Made by a program: the position numbers and the translations under genes. The notes beneath the pieces are model-generated. The model saw only the letters and a program-made list of their open reading frames with translations. It did no database searches and was not told the DNA's origin. Of a DNA stretch of 64,000 bases, positions 52,030 to 64,000 are shown piece after piece. The number at the start of each line of letters is the position of its first letter. The first letter of the stretch is position 1. Source of the DNA: Camelus ferus (lineage: Eukaryota); NCBI RefSeq assembly GCF_009834535.1, contig NC_045696.1:53074001-53138000 (forward strand), in the 5' to 3' direction.

Positions 52030-53067
52030 CTTGAATCAGTTTTATCATTTTTTTTCTAAAAATGTCCATTGTATCTAAGTTTTCAAATGTGTTGGCATAA
52101 AGTTATTTATGTTACTCTTATGATTTTAAAACTTCTACTATATTTTAATTATGTCTCCTTTTACATCAATCACTGATTTTTCTGCTTCATTTTTTAATCT
52201 GATAACCATTGCTTAGATTTTTCTATATTATTAGCCTTTACAAAAGAATTAACTTTTGAATTTGTTCACCTGCTCTATTTCCTTGTTACTTATTTCATAA
52301 ATTTGTTGCCTTCTTTCCATTTTGGGGGAGCTAACATAGTTCTGCTATACCTACCTTTTATAACTTAATTCTTAGCTGATTAATTTCCAATTTTACTTCT
52401 TTAAATTATATTTATTTATAATATACACCAAAATTTCCTTCTCAAATTAGTTTAGCTGTGTCTTAACCTATTTGGTATATAATGTTTTCATTGTTGTTAA
52501 GTTCTAAATATTAAGTATCTCCCATTATGAATTATGCTCTGATACATTATTTATTTAGAAGTGTGTTTTTTAGTTTCTTAGGATATCGGATTGGGAAGTG
52601 GGGAAGTTATTTCATTGGTATCAGACTTATCTTTTGAGACTTATAATGTGGTCAGTTTTTAAAATGACTCATTTGTGCTTGAAAAAAATTATCCAATTGC
52701 TCAGGACAGGGCTCTATAAATGCTCCTATTTAAGCTCCTTAATTGTGCTGTTTAGAATCTCTATATCATCACTTTTTGGGGGGTATTTTTCATCTACAGG
52801 TTTACGTGAAGGTATATTAAATTTCCCACCATGTTTATATTTGTCAATGTTTTTGAGTAATTCAGTCAAATTTATCAGAATATAACATCAAACTTTCATT
52901 TGGCTACATACCAGCTCAGGTTTATTACATTCTGTTGATAAAAATCTATTTTGTCATGTATTATCATTACTACATCATATTTCTTTTTATTTGAATTTGC
53001 CTGTTTTTTCCCGATTATTTTGTTTTCAACCTTTCTATGTTCTAGAAGTGTCCATGTTCTAGAGTGT

Positions 53068-53119
<52 letters not shown>

Positions 53120-53525
53120 TCACATATACACACACAAAAATACATACCCAACTGAACTAGTATAGCTGGGTATATAACAATAGAAAAATGATTATTTTAT
53201 TTTGTCACTTTAAAGATAATAGTTCCATTTCCCTCTGGTCTGTATTGTTGCTGATGAGAAGTCTGCTTCAACTAAACTGATGTTTCTTTTAGGCATTTGG
53301 TCTTATTTTGTTTGGTTGCTTTTAAGATTGCATTTTTTCTTTGGTGTTCTTTAGTTTCATTACAAAGTGGCTTTGTGCAAATTTACTTTTGTTTATTCTG
53401 CTTGGAGTTTTTTCTTTTAAATCCTTAAGACTTTCTTGTCCATTATTCCTTTGAATATTTCTTTTTCCCAATTTTATCTACATTCTTTTTCTGAAACTTA
53501 CTAGATCTATTTTGGAATTGTTTTC
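52030..53525 (-). mobile_element. Old L1 (L1M) fragments
   Basis: tgtccattgtatctaagttttcaaatgtgttggcataaagtt; attgttgctgatgagaagtctgct; gcttttaagatt...tctttggtgttct. Confidence 0.7.
53070..53135. repeat. (AT)n followed by (CA)-rich microsatellite
   Basis: About 22 AT units, then cacac. Confidence 0.9.
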
Positions 53526-53989
53526 TGTATTAGGGTTCTTCAGAGAACCAGAAATATATATATCCCTTCAATTACTTGAAGATAGCTTTCATTTCTTTCT
53601 CAAGTCTTTGCTAGATAAATAGCTTCGGTTCTTAAAAACTAAATCTCATACATCAACTGTCTTTAAAAAATAGTCTCAAGTGTGGCATCTGCGATTGTGA
53701 ATGAATTTTTCTCATTGAAATAGTAAACAGAAAAATAGTTTCTTCTGTAACCCAGTACCATTCACCATGTATCTTTATTTCAAAACACATAATGTTATAA
53801 TGTGATTCTTGGTTTATATACCTCCATCTACTACCAAACTGGTGACCTTAAGAGTAGGAGTTGGCATCTAATTATTCCCTAATATATGGTTGCTTTGAAT
53901 TTACAAATTTTGAAAAGCTTTAATATTACCAGACCATGAAGCATCTCTATTTCAGTGGACTTGGAACTGGACTATTTACATAAGTAAAA

Positions 53990-54600
53990 AGGTGAGACAT
54001 AGCTTAGCAGGTGCTATTATTTGCAGAAACAAAAGGGGCCTTAGAGATCCTAGTTGACAAAAAGTCCAATATGAGTCGATTGTAGGTTATTCCTTTTTAA
54101 ACAAAATGCCTCCTTGAGTGCAGAGAAAAAGTCTTTTTTTTTCCTTCCATCCCCAATACTAGCACATCAATTGGAACAGTAATTATGTGTTGTATGAATG
54201 AATGGCAATCCTAACAACAGAGAAGATGGCGACATGATAGTGTATATTTCACAGGGAAATAGAGTCTGACAAGGGAAAAGGAAGGGAGATTCCCAGATAC
54301 CTAAAGAGTTGTCAGATAGAAGATGGATTAGGACTTTTCTGTGTGGTTCAAGTAAAAAGGATTATATCTATTTGGTAAAAGTTAAAGACAAATCAATTTG
54401 GGTGTAAAAGAAGACATTTGTGACAATTTTAATTATATAAAAATGGAATGGTCTGTTTTTGTCGTGTTGAAGAGACTGAAACACAACTTATTAGAAGTGT
54501 TGTTGAGGGAAATCATATGAATCATTAAAAATTTTTCTTGAGCAAGATGACTTTTCAGGGTCATGCCAAATTGTGGATTCCAGTGTTTCATGGTCAAGAG
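53990..54600 (+). mobile_element. L3/CR1 fragments
   Basis: ccttagagatcctagttgacaaaaag.ccaatatgagtc; agatacctaaagagttgtca.atagaagatggattag.acttttctgtgtgg. Confidence 0.6.
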
Positions 54601-54779
54601 GTGAAGCTGGATCATTATCCCCCTAATTCTAATGTAACCTAAGTTTCCCTTTATCTTTTAACAAAGCTTTGTCAGACTATTGACTTGAATTGAAATTGCA
54701 GTCAACTTGACAGCCAATATTTCTTTTACACATACCAAAACAGTAAACTTGACATATAGTCTTACGGTCTTAGTTTCTG

Positions 54780-55436
54780 AGACTTCTATCATTATTTTAA
54801 ATTCCTGAAAGCTTTTAAAATTCCAGGTCTACTATTCAGTATGTTATATAGTCTCATCCCCATTTCTGCTACACACCAAATCGTCATGCTTTATATCCTC
54901 ATATAATCCATTGACAAAAACACTGATGATTACAATAAGCCTTAAGAAATTCCCTCTACTTGAACTCAGCTTTATTATAGCTCTATTCATTTTTCTCCAT
55001 TCTGTTACCAGTGGTATCATGGCATACAGTCTCCCATGTTTTGCTAACATTCATCTACACTACATACACTCCATTCTTCTAATCAACAGTTTTGTAAAAT
55101 AGTCAGGAAAGCACATGAGTTCAGTTAGACATAATCTGATTTTTAGTGATCTTATCCTAGCTGATAGAGATCACTATTTTCTTTTCTCACAATTAACTTA
55201 GTAATTTGTCTCTAATATTTTCAAAAATTGGTAACAGGTCCTACATTATATGGTTTGGGATATCCATCTTACTTTTTTTCAAAAAATTGAAGCCCAGGTT
55301 TTCCATCTCTAAACTTCTGGTCTATTATCTTTGACTTTTCAAAAATTCTCAGTCAGTTTTGTTGATTTTATCAGCAGGCACTGGAGCCCACTTCATCTGA
55401 CCAAGGACAACTAAACTCAATTAAGATAATTAGATG
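54780..55436 (-). mobile_element. L3/CR1 ORF2-derived fragment
   Basis: atgagttcagttagacataatctgattttt.gtga; ttcatctgaccaagga...taaactca. Confidence 0.5.
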
Positions 55437-55440
55437 CTCT

Positions 55441-56087
55441 CGAGACAGGAGGGAAGGGGGTGGGACACAACCATTAAAGGAATGACACAGCAATTAGCAC
55501 CAAGATGGCAGAGAATTCAACTCCCAGTAGACCTTGAGGCACAAGATGGCAGGAGATTTGACTTCCAGTAGACCTTGAGCTTCATTATAAGCTCAATATA
55601 ATATATTTGCATGGTAAGTGGCACTCCCAGAGATGCCAGGACAGTTCTGAGGCTAACCGTAAAGGGTTAAAAAGTGGGCTGTGGCCCAGTTCCTGGGAAT
55701 CCCAGTCCTTTCCCTTGAAGTAGTTGGAGTAATCCTTCCACTTGTTAGCACATGAAGCTACCAAGCCCATAAAAACTAACAACCCCACAACTCATGGCTG
55801 CTCTCCCTTCTGAGTGAGAACTATCCTCTGTGGAGTCCGTAACTACTTTCACTTTAAACTAAACACCCACCCCCACGCCTCATCACCTCTCTGGCCTTCT
55901 GAAATGGCCTATACTCTGTCTATGGGATCTGCATCTGTCTGAATAAATCTACCATTACTCAACCATGGCTCGCTCTTGAATTCTTTCCTGCATGAAGCCA
56001 AGGACCCTCACTTGGCGGGGCGTGTCCCAGGCACTCTCCTGGGACCTGAGACATGGCCATCCTCTCTTGCCCCATTTTCCTATATCA
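55441..56087 (+). mobile_element. Solo ERV1 LTR, MER41-like (artiodactyl lineage), 647 bp
   Basis: Ends are (C)GAGACAG...TATCA with 4-bp TSD CTCT (55437-55440 / 56088-56091). CATAAAA TATA-like box at 55768, AATAAA at 55942, and U5 gctcgctcttgaattctttcctgcatgaagccaaggacc. Confidence 0.85.
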
Positions 56088-56699
56088 CTCTCATTATTTC
56101 TGCATGTTTTGAGCTTCATCTTTCCCAGTTTCCCAAAATCTTTCTCTGTTACCAAACAGCAAATTCAAAATGAGGGGGAAAAAGTGGTTTTATTCTTTTC
56201 CTTTTTTTCTGAAACTCTTCTTCATTCTTTAACTTAATTTGAATAAAACAAATATATAATTTTTTTGTCCTACACATTTCTCTCACAGTTCACCTAAGTC
56301 TAATTTGAAGACTTCCAAACACTATTCATAGAGGTTTGTGGCATTTTTTTAAGTATTTTTTTTCCTCCATCATGTACTAATCCTTATTTTTCCTGCAAAA
56401 ATGTATGCTGCTTCTATTCACGAGAAACGGTGTTCAATTTGTGCCCTCAGGGCTGGTTAAAAAAAATGACAACAACACAAAACAAAGAAAAAGGAATTGT
56501 CTTTGATTCATTGATTGTTTATTTACATAAAACTACCATTTAGCCAATTTCCTTTAAACAGAACAGGGAGTCCTTGTGCAGACCTGAATTAATGCTTAGA
56601 TAATGTCACACAGGTGATTCCTACTCACATCTCTGGATTATGAGTATTAGGAAGAGCTCAGGTTAGTACAGTGAGGAGCAATGTAAGAAATTTACTGAA

Positions 56700-56875
56700 T
56701 TGGGAGTTCGAAATTTGTATCTCTTGGGGAGTGATGGAACTGTTAGGTATCTTGGCTGTGGTGGTGGTCTCATAGATGTATATACATCTATCAAAATTCA
56801 TCAAATTGTACATCTGAAATATGTGTAGTTTCCTGCAAAGAAATCATACCACAATAAAGTTGTTTAAAAAAAAGA
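56700..56875 (+). mobile_element. Old L1 (L1MC/MD-type) 3' end
   Basis: gtgatggaactgt...tatcttg..tgtggtggtgg...tcaaaattcatcaaattgtaca...caataaagttg + A tail. Confidence 0.8.
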
Positions 56876-59661
56876 AACTTACCTTCATTTTCCTACATTT
56901 TGAAGTAAAAACCTTACATGTTGCTACAACATAAAGGACTTTGGGTATATTACATTTATAATCACATCCCATTCCAAATAAAAGGAGTTGTTTGAGGGCA
57001 CAAACTAGTGTTCAAGAAGGAGATACTGAGCATCTAACAAGTTTGAGGCAGTTTCTAGCCATGTGGAAAATTTATGGATATATACGTCCTAGTGAGTTAA
57101 TGACCCCAGTACATAATGATAAGACATCCAACATCTTTGTTCCACGTAATCTCAGAGAGTAAATTTACTTGCCTTTTAAAAATACATCTGTCAGAGTAAT
57201 TTAACATGTGATTAGTAAACAGAAAGGGGTCTATTCCAATCTCAGAATAAATGAGTAACTGATACTGGACAAAAGTCCCCAGTATGTTTCAAAAGAAACA
57301 CAGAAAAGTTTTGGACAACAGTGCCTACTCTCTGCAATCTGCAGTGACAAAAGTCAATAGAGAAAATGGTGCAGGCTATGAAAAGACTAGTTATAATAGG
57401 AGGCCCACTGCTATGCTGAGGCACAGCCACAGAGCAAATGATTGCATAAGATCATCTATTCAACGCCTAATGAGCTGTTGTTAGCGTTCTGTTCAGCCTT
57501 CCACTAGTCACCAATTACGTTTGCAGTTAGGGGTCTGAGCTACATATTTACTTCTCTGGAGACTGGGTTTATGTGCAGAAATGTGGCAAGTGGATCATGA
57601 TATGGTCCTCATGCCCTCAAAGTGTAGACTCCAGGAGACTCTGCAGTATAGTTAGATTTGTGCTGGAAGAAAGGGAAAGAAAAGAGGAAGAGAAAACAGT
57701 TTGGTGGAAAAGGGCTGGAAAGCAGGGTGGGATAGAGGTGGTGGTTGCATACTGCCTTTGCCGTGCCTAAGAGGAAATTACAGCAAATCCGAAAGGCTTG
57801 GCCTGTGACTAAAGAAGCATTTGTTCCCGACCATTAAAGCTGGCTTGCTCACCAGAAGGATTTTACAGTCCCTTTGACCATGTTGAAAATTTGAGGATGG
57901 AGATAATCCCTTTCACTCCCGTTTTTGTTGGTCTGCAGAACTGTGTGAGAGATTGAACCTTGGGCATTTGTCAGCAAGGTCTAATGCACGTTTTGCTCTC
58001 TTTCAATGAGTATTCAGCAGACTTCAGGTCTACAAAAATTCGATTTAGTCGATGCCTATTTTCTCATCTATGGGGGCTGGGCAGCTCGGCGTTATCTGTG
58101 AGGTGCCAGCTGTTGCTATTACAGACAGCATTCAGTGGTTCATTTATCTGAATATGTACTGTTCCTTGGCAAGATCTCAGGGACGGAGACTTTGCCGTGA
58201 TGGTGATGCACTTCTTTTTTGATAGGGCTCTTGAATAAATATCTTTTTTTCTCAAAGAGGGGGCTCTCTGGGTGACTAGAAGCATTTCTTATACATATAC
58301 TGCCTTTAGCAGCTGAGAGATATATCCACAACACTACCAAATATACATGTATATATACTGTTGAAACAACTACAGCATTGACTATTACTCAGGGTACGTA
58401 TAAAACAGCAATAACTACATTCATTAATCTGGCTGCAATTAATATGTGCAATTATTAGATGACTTATAAAATGCTGGAATCAATGTACAATGCTGATTCA
58501 AAAGTATACAGACTTCACTAAGGCCACTGAGTGTGCTTTAATTAATAAATTACACTCTTCTGACCTGATGAGTGTGTTAGAATTTCACACACTCGCTTCC
58601 ACAGCAGGGCCTGAACTTAGTCATCACTTTCAATTAATCTAACACAAGATACCAAGTTTATTGAAGAGTTTATTTAAGTCAACAAATTGCTTTTTAAATT
58701 CCCAATGTATAAATAGATCTTTAATTCATAAAATAGCTAGTTATTCTCCTCTAGAAGAGACTAGCTATTGTTTGCTAATTAAGTGTAACATCTGTACCTG
58801 TTGACTTAAATATCCTTGGACACTTGGTTTAAAGAACTTTTTATAATCCTCAAGAATAAAGTATTTTTCAGCAGTACTATGTTTTCTTTTCTTTTTCTTT
58901 TTCTCTTTCGTTATTTGTTCTTTTTTACTGCTAATGAATGCTTTAGGTGAAATAATTCAAATACCAACTACATGGCAGCAGAAAGAAAAGTGAAAATGGT
59001 CCTTCTGTTATCAATAGGAAAGTCAGGCCAAAGAAAAGCTAGAGATGAGAGAAGGGGTCAAAGAGCACTGAGGGCCAAGAAAAGGAGCTTGATGATAAGT
59101 GATGCATAGTTACAGAAGTCAGAATGATTAAAGATGTGATTAAAAAAAGCCGTATTGCTATCTACCTCAAGGGCTGGAAAATGCCCTAAGAGAGGTTGGA
59201 ACAAGCAGTTTTAATTTGACCCCAAAATGTTAGAAGCAAGTTTTAAAATAAAAAGAAAAAATATGAGCATGTAATAGTATAATAAAAATTACTAATTTGG
59301 AGAGAAGAGAAACTTGCTGACTGGGTCAAAATCAAATTGCAAAATATAATAAAGAAATGCAATTTCACTACTTGAGCATATGTTAAGTAAACTACTTCTG
59401 GCTCATAAATTATTTCCAAGTAGTAGCCTACTGGATCTGCTTTAAGGATTGGAAGAGTCATTCCACAGAATCTCAGATGAGGGAGGGAGCATAGCGATCA
59501 CAGCCTATTCTCCATTCTTAACTAGTACTTATAGAGTTTCTGCTTGTGATAGCCCATTTTAAACCCTGTTATTTCAAAATCCTTCCTCATATTGAGCAAA
59601 GGTAGGTCCTTAGGATACCAAGCTGAAAGTCAAAGTCATTAGCATCAAGAATCTTACAACT

Positions 59662-59810
59662 ACAAACTAACTACTATATAAAAAATAGATAAACAACAAG
59701 GTCCTACTATATAGCATGGAAACTATATTCAATACCTTGTAATGGCCTATAATAAAAAATAATATGAAAAGGAATACATATATATGTATAAAAAGAAAAA
59801 ATAAATTAAA
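59662..59810 (+). mobile_element. Short L1 3' UTR fragment with perfect 15-bp TSD, inserted into an L2
   Basis: AAGAATCTTACAACT at 59647-59661 and 59811-59825; body ctactatataaaaatagataaacaacaaggtcctactatatagca. Confidence 0.92.
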
Positions 59811-59825
59811 AAGAATCTTACAACT

Positions 59826-60125
59826 TAATGAGGAAGACAAAAAAAGCAACAGTGGAATTTATGAACATTGCATTAGACTGTGAGGGATACATGCATAAGG
59901 TGCTATTGGGTTAGGAAGGAGGATGCTTGTTTATCTAAGCCTGAGCTGAGGTGAAGAGGACATTGTAAGAATGGGTTTCCTAGAGATGGTAACATGTCAG
60001 ATGAGTTTCTAAAATATATAGGTGTTATCCAAGTATAAGCAATGGAATGGGTATTCCAAGCAAAGGTAATATATTCAAAGGCCTAGAGAATAGAGGGAGA
60101 TTGGTGTAATTAGGGAGCATATAAA
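59826..60125 (-). mobile_element. L2 fragment
   Basis: ttcctagagatggtaacatgt.agatgagtt; gtattccaagcaaagg.aata..ttcaaaggcctagag. Confidence 0.6.
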
Positions 60126-60894
60126 GTTCACTATAACTTTAAATATGGAAGCCAGCTATCCTCTCCGTCTTTAAATTTTTTTTTTAAGTACAAAAATATC
60201 TCTTATACCTCTTCTGTGCATCAGTTTAATCTCTTCCCTTTAGGTGCTTAATGTTGGGGGAGGTGGTGAGGGAGAGACAGAATTCTGACTTTGCTATTGA
60301 ACCTCAGAGTGGACACAGTACCTGCTTTCCTGGGACTTGCCCATGGAGACCAACCTCCAAACTCCAGTTGATCAACTCAACTGAGAAGGAGCAGGTGCCC
60401 CAACTTTCTTCATTTGTTCATTATAATGCAGTCTAGAGAACCCCCTTCACTTCCTGACTCCACAAACTCTGCTAGCCACTTGCCTCTAGACACATGGAGA
60501 AGGTTGACTAGGTGCATATTCTTTATTAAGTGAGGGGTCCAGAAGTGACATAAGACTCTAGCTATAATGAGATCAGCAATTAGTTGGTGAACAAAGGAAT
60601 AAGAATTTATATATATATTTCTATTTGGTGTTTTCTTCTTTCCTTTTTAGCTGATTTGACCTCTCTGGACCTGATCTCAAGCCTCCCTGACTATCTGTCA
60701 CCTCTGGTCTACGAAAATTCTGGGACTTTGTTCTTCCTCACCAAGCTTGTTTGGTTCCTAGTCCAGATCAGGTATGATAAAACTCTTGATACAAAAGTTA
60801 TTTTATTTTGATTATGTTTAAAAAACAATTTTTTAATGCCAAGACTTTCTTTGGGCTTATTCTCATTCTGTAGACTTGGAATACACACAAGGAC

Positions 60895-61140
60895 TAATTG
60901 CAAACACTTACTGAGGGCTTTACTTTGTGGCAGGCACCCTTCTAAGCACTTTCAATGTATAAACTCACTTACTCCTAATAATCACTTCATAATTTATCTA
61001 CATTTATCACCCATATTCTAATATTTAAACAATAACTTGATGCCAAAGAATGTGCAGAAGGTCCTAGCTGGTAAATGGAGGAGCTGGTGTGTACGTCCAG
61101 CAATCTGCCTTCAGGGTCTGCCCCTTTAACCATGACACTG
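60895..61140 (-). mobile_element. MIR SINE
   Basis: acacttactgagggctt.actttgtggcaggcaccc.tctaagcactt...aactcacttactcct...ctttaaccat. Confidence 0.7.
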
Positions 61141-61641
61141 CAGTGCCTCAACGGTGAAATTATGCTACAATGTGCCTGAGCTGTACTAAATTGAGCTTGT
61201 CCAACCTCAAAAAGCTACTGATTGCATCTCCACTTAGGTCCTTTATTATAGCAATGATTGGATCAACACACACTGACTGAGCAACCTCTATATGCCAGGT
61301 TCACTGTTTTAGGCATCTAGATACACAGAGGGAGAAATCATGTGGTTGACATTCTTATGTAAATGTAAATTAAATTCTAATGGTGGTAATTGGAATTACA
61401 GAAGATCATGTGAGGTAGAACCTGCAGGAAGATCCAGATCATAAAGTTCAATTATTTAGAAAAGAAGAAAATAAGACCCACAGTGAAATGCATTATAAAT
61501 ACATACACATGCACACACATAACTTATCTAAAGTTATAAACATATCATTAGAAAAGTGTGGACTAAAACCCAGTCTCGGTATTCCATCCCACTGGTTTTG
61601 TCACTTATACACCATGAAGCATTTAAAAAATATCTGTATTA

Positions 61642-61751
61642 TCTTATGGTTACTGGGGAAAGTGGGTGGGGAGGGATAAATTTGGGAGTCTGAGATTTAC
61701 AGATGTCAGCCACTATATATAAAAATAGATTTTAAAAAGTTTCTGCTGTTA
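61642..61751 (+). mobile_element. Short internal L1 3' UTR fragment
   Basis: cttatggttactggggaaag.gggtgggagggataaatttgggagt.tgagattt.cagat...ccactatatataaaaatagat. Confidence 0.75.
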
Positions 61752-61944
61752 AAAAAAATTCTGTAATAAAGAAGACCTCTACAAATAAATAAATAAATGC
61801 TTTAAAAAGATTAGAAGTAAATTTGTCAAAATATTACCAGTGTTTACATTTCCATGATACTATGAATAATTTTTTAAACTGTCTTTTATACTTAAAAAAG
61901 GACCTACATTGAAGAAATACAGAGTCAGAAAAATGTTTAAACTG

Positions 61945-61968
61945 AAACAAAACAAAACAAAACAAAAA
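61945..61968. repeat. (AAAAC)n microsatellite
   Basis: aaacaaaacaaaacaaaacaaaaa. Confidence 0.85.
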
Positions 61969-63414
61969 CCCTCCTCTGAAAAAAGAACTCTGATTGTTTA
62001 GAACCACATTAGGAATTGTTGCAAAATTCCTTTAAGTTGGATCTCACATTCTGCACAAGTTCCTCCAAAGCAAAAGCCCCCCTGTTATCTTTCAGCCACT
62101 CAAGTCCATCTGAGAACTCAAAGGGATTTCTTATATCGTACCTATGATGACTTAGCTAATGATTCAATCCAACAATGGGAAAATGAGAGTGATTCTGTAT
62201 TTAGGAGCTCACCTCTGCAGGTTTCTCCTGAATAATGGCTTTAAATTATGCCACATGCTATGGAGGGCTTGCTTTTTCCTAAGAAAAGATGACTTATCAA
62301 ACTGTGCTATCTCTTTAGTAAATTGACTAGGCAAAAGAACTCAACAAGGATGAAAATAGCTTTGGTGCTGAAGAGGCCACACGCATTTCCTGATAATGAT
62401 TCCAGTGATTAAGGAGAAAGAATAAGATCAACCTGGAATCCTCAAATTGTTCCACTTTACTAAGTGGACTACAGTCCATTTTCCCAACTCCAGCATAGCG
62501 AGGTATATAAATCTTTTTTAAAAATTTTTGTATAGAATAATGGTGATACATAAAACCAATAGTGGATTTAATTTAGAACAACAGAACTTTTATAGGATGG
62601 TAACCATAATGTGATTACAAATTCATAGGAAAGTATGGGTGGGCTGTCATATTATTTAGAGGAGAATTGGCATTGGATCAATTAGATTGTCTTTCTCTCA
62701 GCTATTGCTAAGGGCTGAGAACCAGTTCCAGAGGCAAACGGGCACTCTACCTAGATACCTCTTAATTCAATCTTGTGAGATTTTTTTAACAGTAGTTTTA
62801 ACACTTTGCCTTTAACTAAAACCTAGTCCAAATTATAACATTCACAGTACTTAGCAACTGCTGATTCATTACTTTGACTAATGAGATCTAGTAGATTTGC
62901 TCTGCAAATGAGAAAAAGAAAAAACAAGATAGATTTTATATAAAATTATGGTCAAATCTTTGTTTCTGGAGCATCAAAACCAATGAATATACTAGAGCTC
63001 TAGCAAGCTCAACATTTTAAATCTGTGTCTGCATATTCAAATAAAAATGGAAAGTCTCCCAAAATAGCTCATATCATGGAATAACCTGTAATGGTAACCT
63101 ATAATATAAGCAGCTTAATGGTTTTCCTGGGCCTATATACCTCCTAGTGCAGTTGTGAGGATTAACAGAGTTATCGTAAGTAAAGCACTTACTTGCTGGT
63201 CTATTAAATATTTTCAGACAATAAAGCAATATGCCAAAAGAGATGTGATTCAGATGATGATAGACACTGGATGTTAACTGTCGATCACAAATACATTGGC
63301 CCACCTTGAGAAACTGTGAAACCAAAGATTCAGTTCTATGTGTTATGGCACTTGGTACCTTACATACCTTGACTACTTTAGAAAGGCATTTTTAAAAATT
63401 CCTTACTTTTCCCA

Positions 63415-63520
63415 AGGTTTTAATATGAAAAAAATTTAAACATACAGAAAAGTTGGTCTATCCAGTGAACACATATATCCACCACTCAGATTCTACAATT
63501 AACATTTTCTTATACTTGTT
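63415..63520 (-). mobile_element. L1MC-type 3' end fragment
   Basis: atatgaaaaaatttaaacatacagaaaagttg...cagtgaacac.atatatccaccac.cagattctacaattaacattt. Confidence 0.65.
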
Positions 63521-63669
63521 TAGGAAGCCATATTTGATAGCAAAGTGTGGAACACAAAGTGTATCTTCATACACTTTCATTTATCTTAAGTGACCCATTC
63601 ACTGACAGAATCAGTTGCTCAAGGTTTAACATGTTATGGTAAAATCTATTGTCCACAATTAGTTAAAAT

Positions 63670-63965
63670 CTTTCAAAACTCAAAAGGAATCTCACCCACT
63701 GATTAAACTTTTCACAGCTTCCCATGGGTCTTAGGTTAATGACCTCAGACTTTACTGGGTTCAGCAATGCCCTGTCTGGTCTGGGACCTAAGTTCTTCTT
63801 GAGTCTCACCTCACTGCACCCTCTCCCTTTTATCTGCCTTGGGCTCCTTTCAGCTCTTAAATAGGCCTCGTTCCCTCCTCCTTCAAGTGCTTGACACATA
63901 TTTCCCCCCCACCCCTACTCATTTTGCTTAGTCAGATTATCAACATCCTCAAAGAGGTTTCCAAA
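63670..63965 (+). mobile_element. L2 fragment
   Basis: cacagcttcccatgggtcttagg; aatgccctgtctggtctgg; aacatcctcaaagaggtttcc. Confidence 0.55.
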
Positions 63966-64000
63966 GTAAAAGGCACGCACCCTATGAGGAATGAAAGCCA

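Larger units (their letters stand above)
6230..64000 (-). other. LSAMP: LSAMP upstream (first) intron, 3' portion
   Basis: No signal-peptide exon is found upstream of the Ig1 exon within the window. IgLON genes are known to have very long first introns. Confidence 0.85.

Noticed and set aside
1..64000. tRNA, snRNA, snoRNA or miRNA genes, processed pseudogenes, or a prokaryote-type novel system
   Set aside because: None recognised by eye. An Rfam/Infernal scan and translated BLAST would be needed to exclude them formally.

Overview
AT-rich, CpG-poor mammalian intronic DNA. The only supportable coding sequence is a 233-bp minus-strand exon (5997-6229). It encodes most of the first Ig domain of the IgLON neural adhesion protein LSAMP and has canonical splice sites. 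Positions 6230-64000 are part of the very long upstream intron and 1-5996 are the start of the next intron. The rest is interspersed repeats: MIR, L2, L3/CR1, old L1/HAL1, MER5/MER20/Tigger2-type DNA transposons, MLT1 and LTR33-like LTRs, several young cetartiodactyl-type L1 3' ends and a MER41-like solo LTR with a 4-bp TSD. There are also microsatellites and a few repeat-free, motif-dense blocks that may be conserved enhancers. The repeat spectrum suggests a non-ruminant artiodactyl, probably a camelid (inference). I found no convincing new biological system. The best leads are a possible L1-supplied intronic poly(A) site that could give a soluble single-Ig LSAMP isoform, a recursive-splice-like AG|GTAAGA site, the MER41-like LTR with altered STAT motifs, and a CTCF-like site with an upstream module. 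Repeat family names come from recognising consensus motifs by eye, and repeat boundaries are approximate unless a TSD is given.
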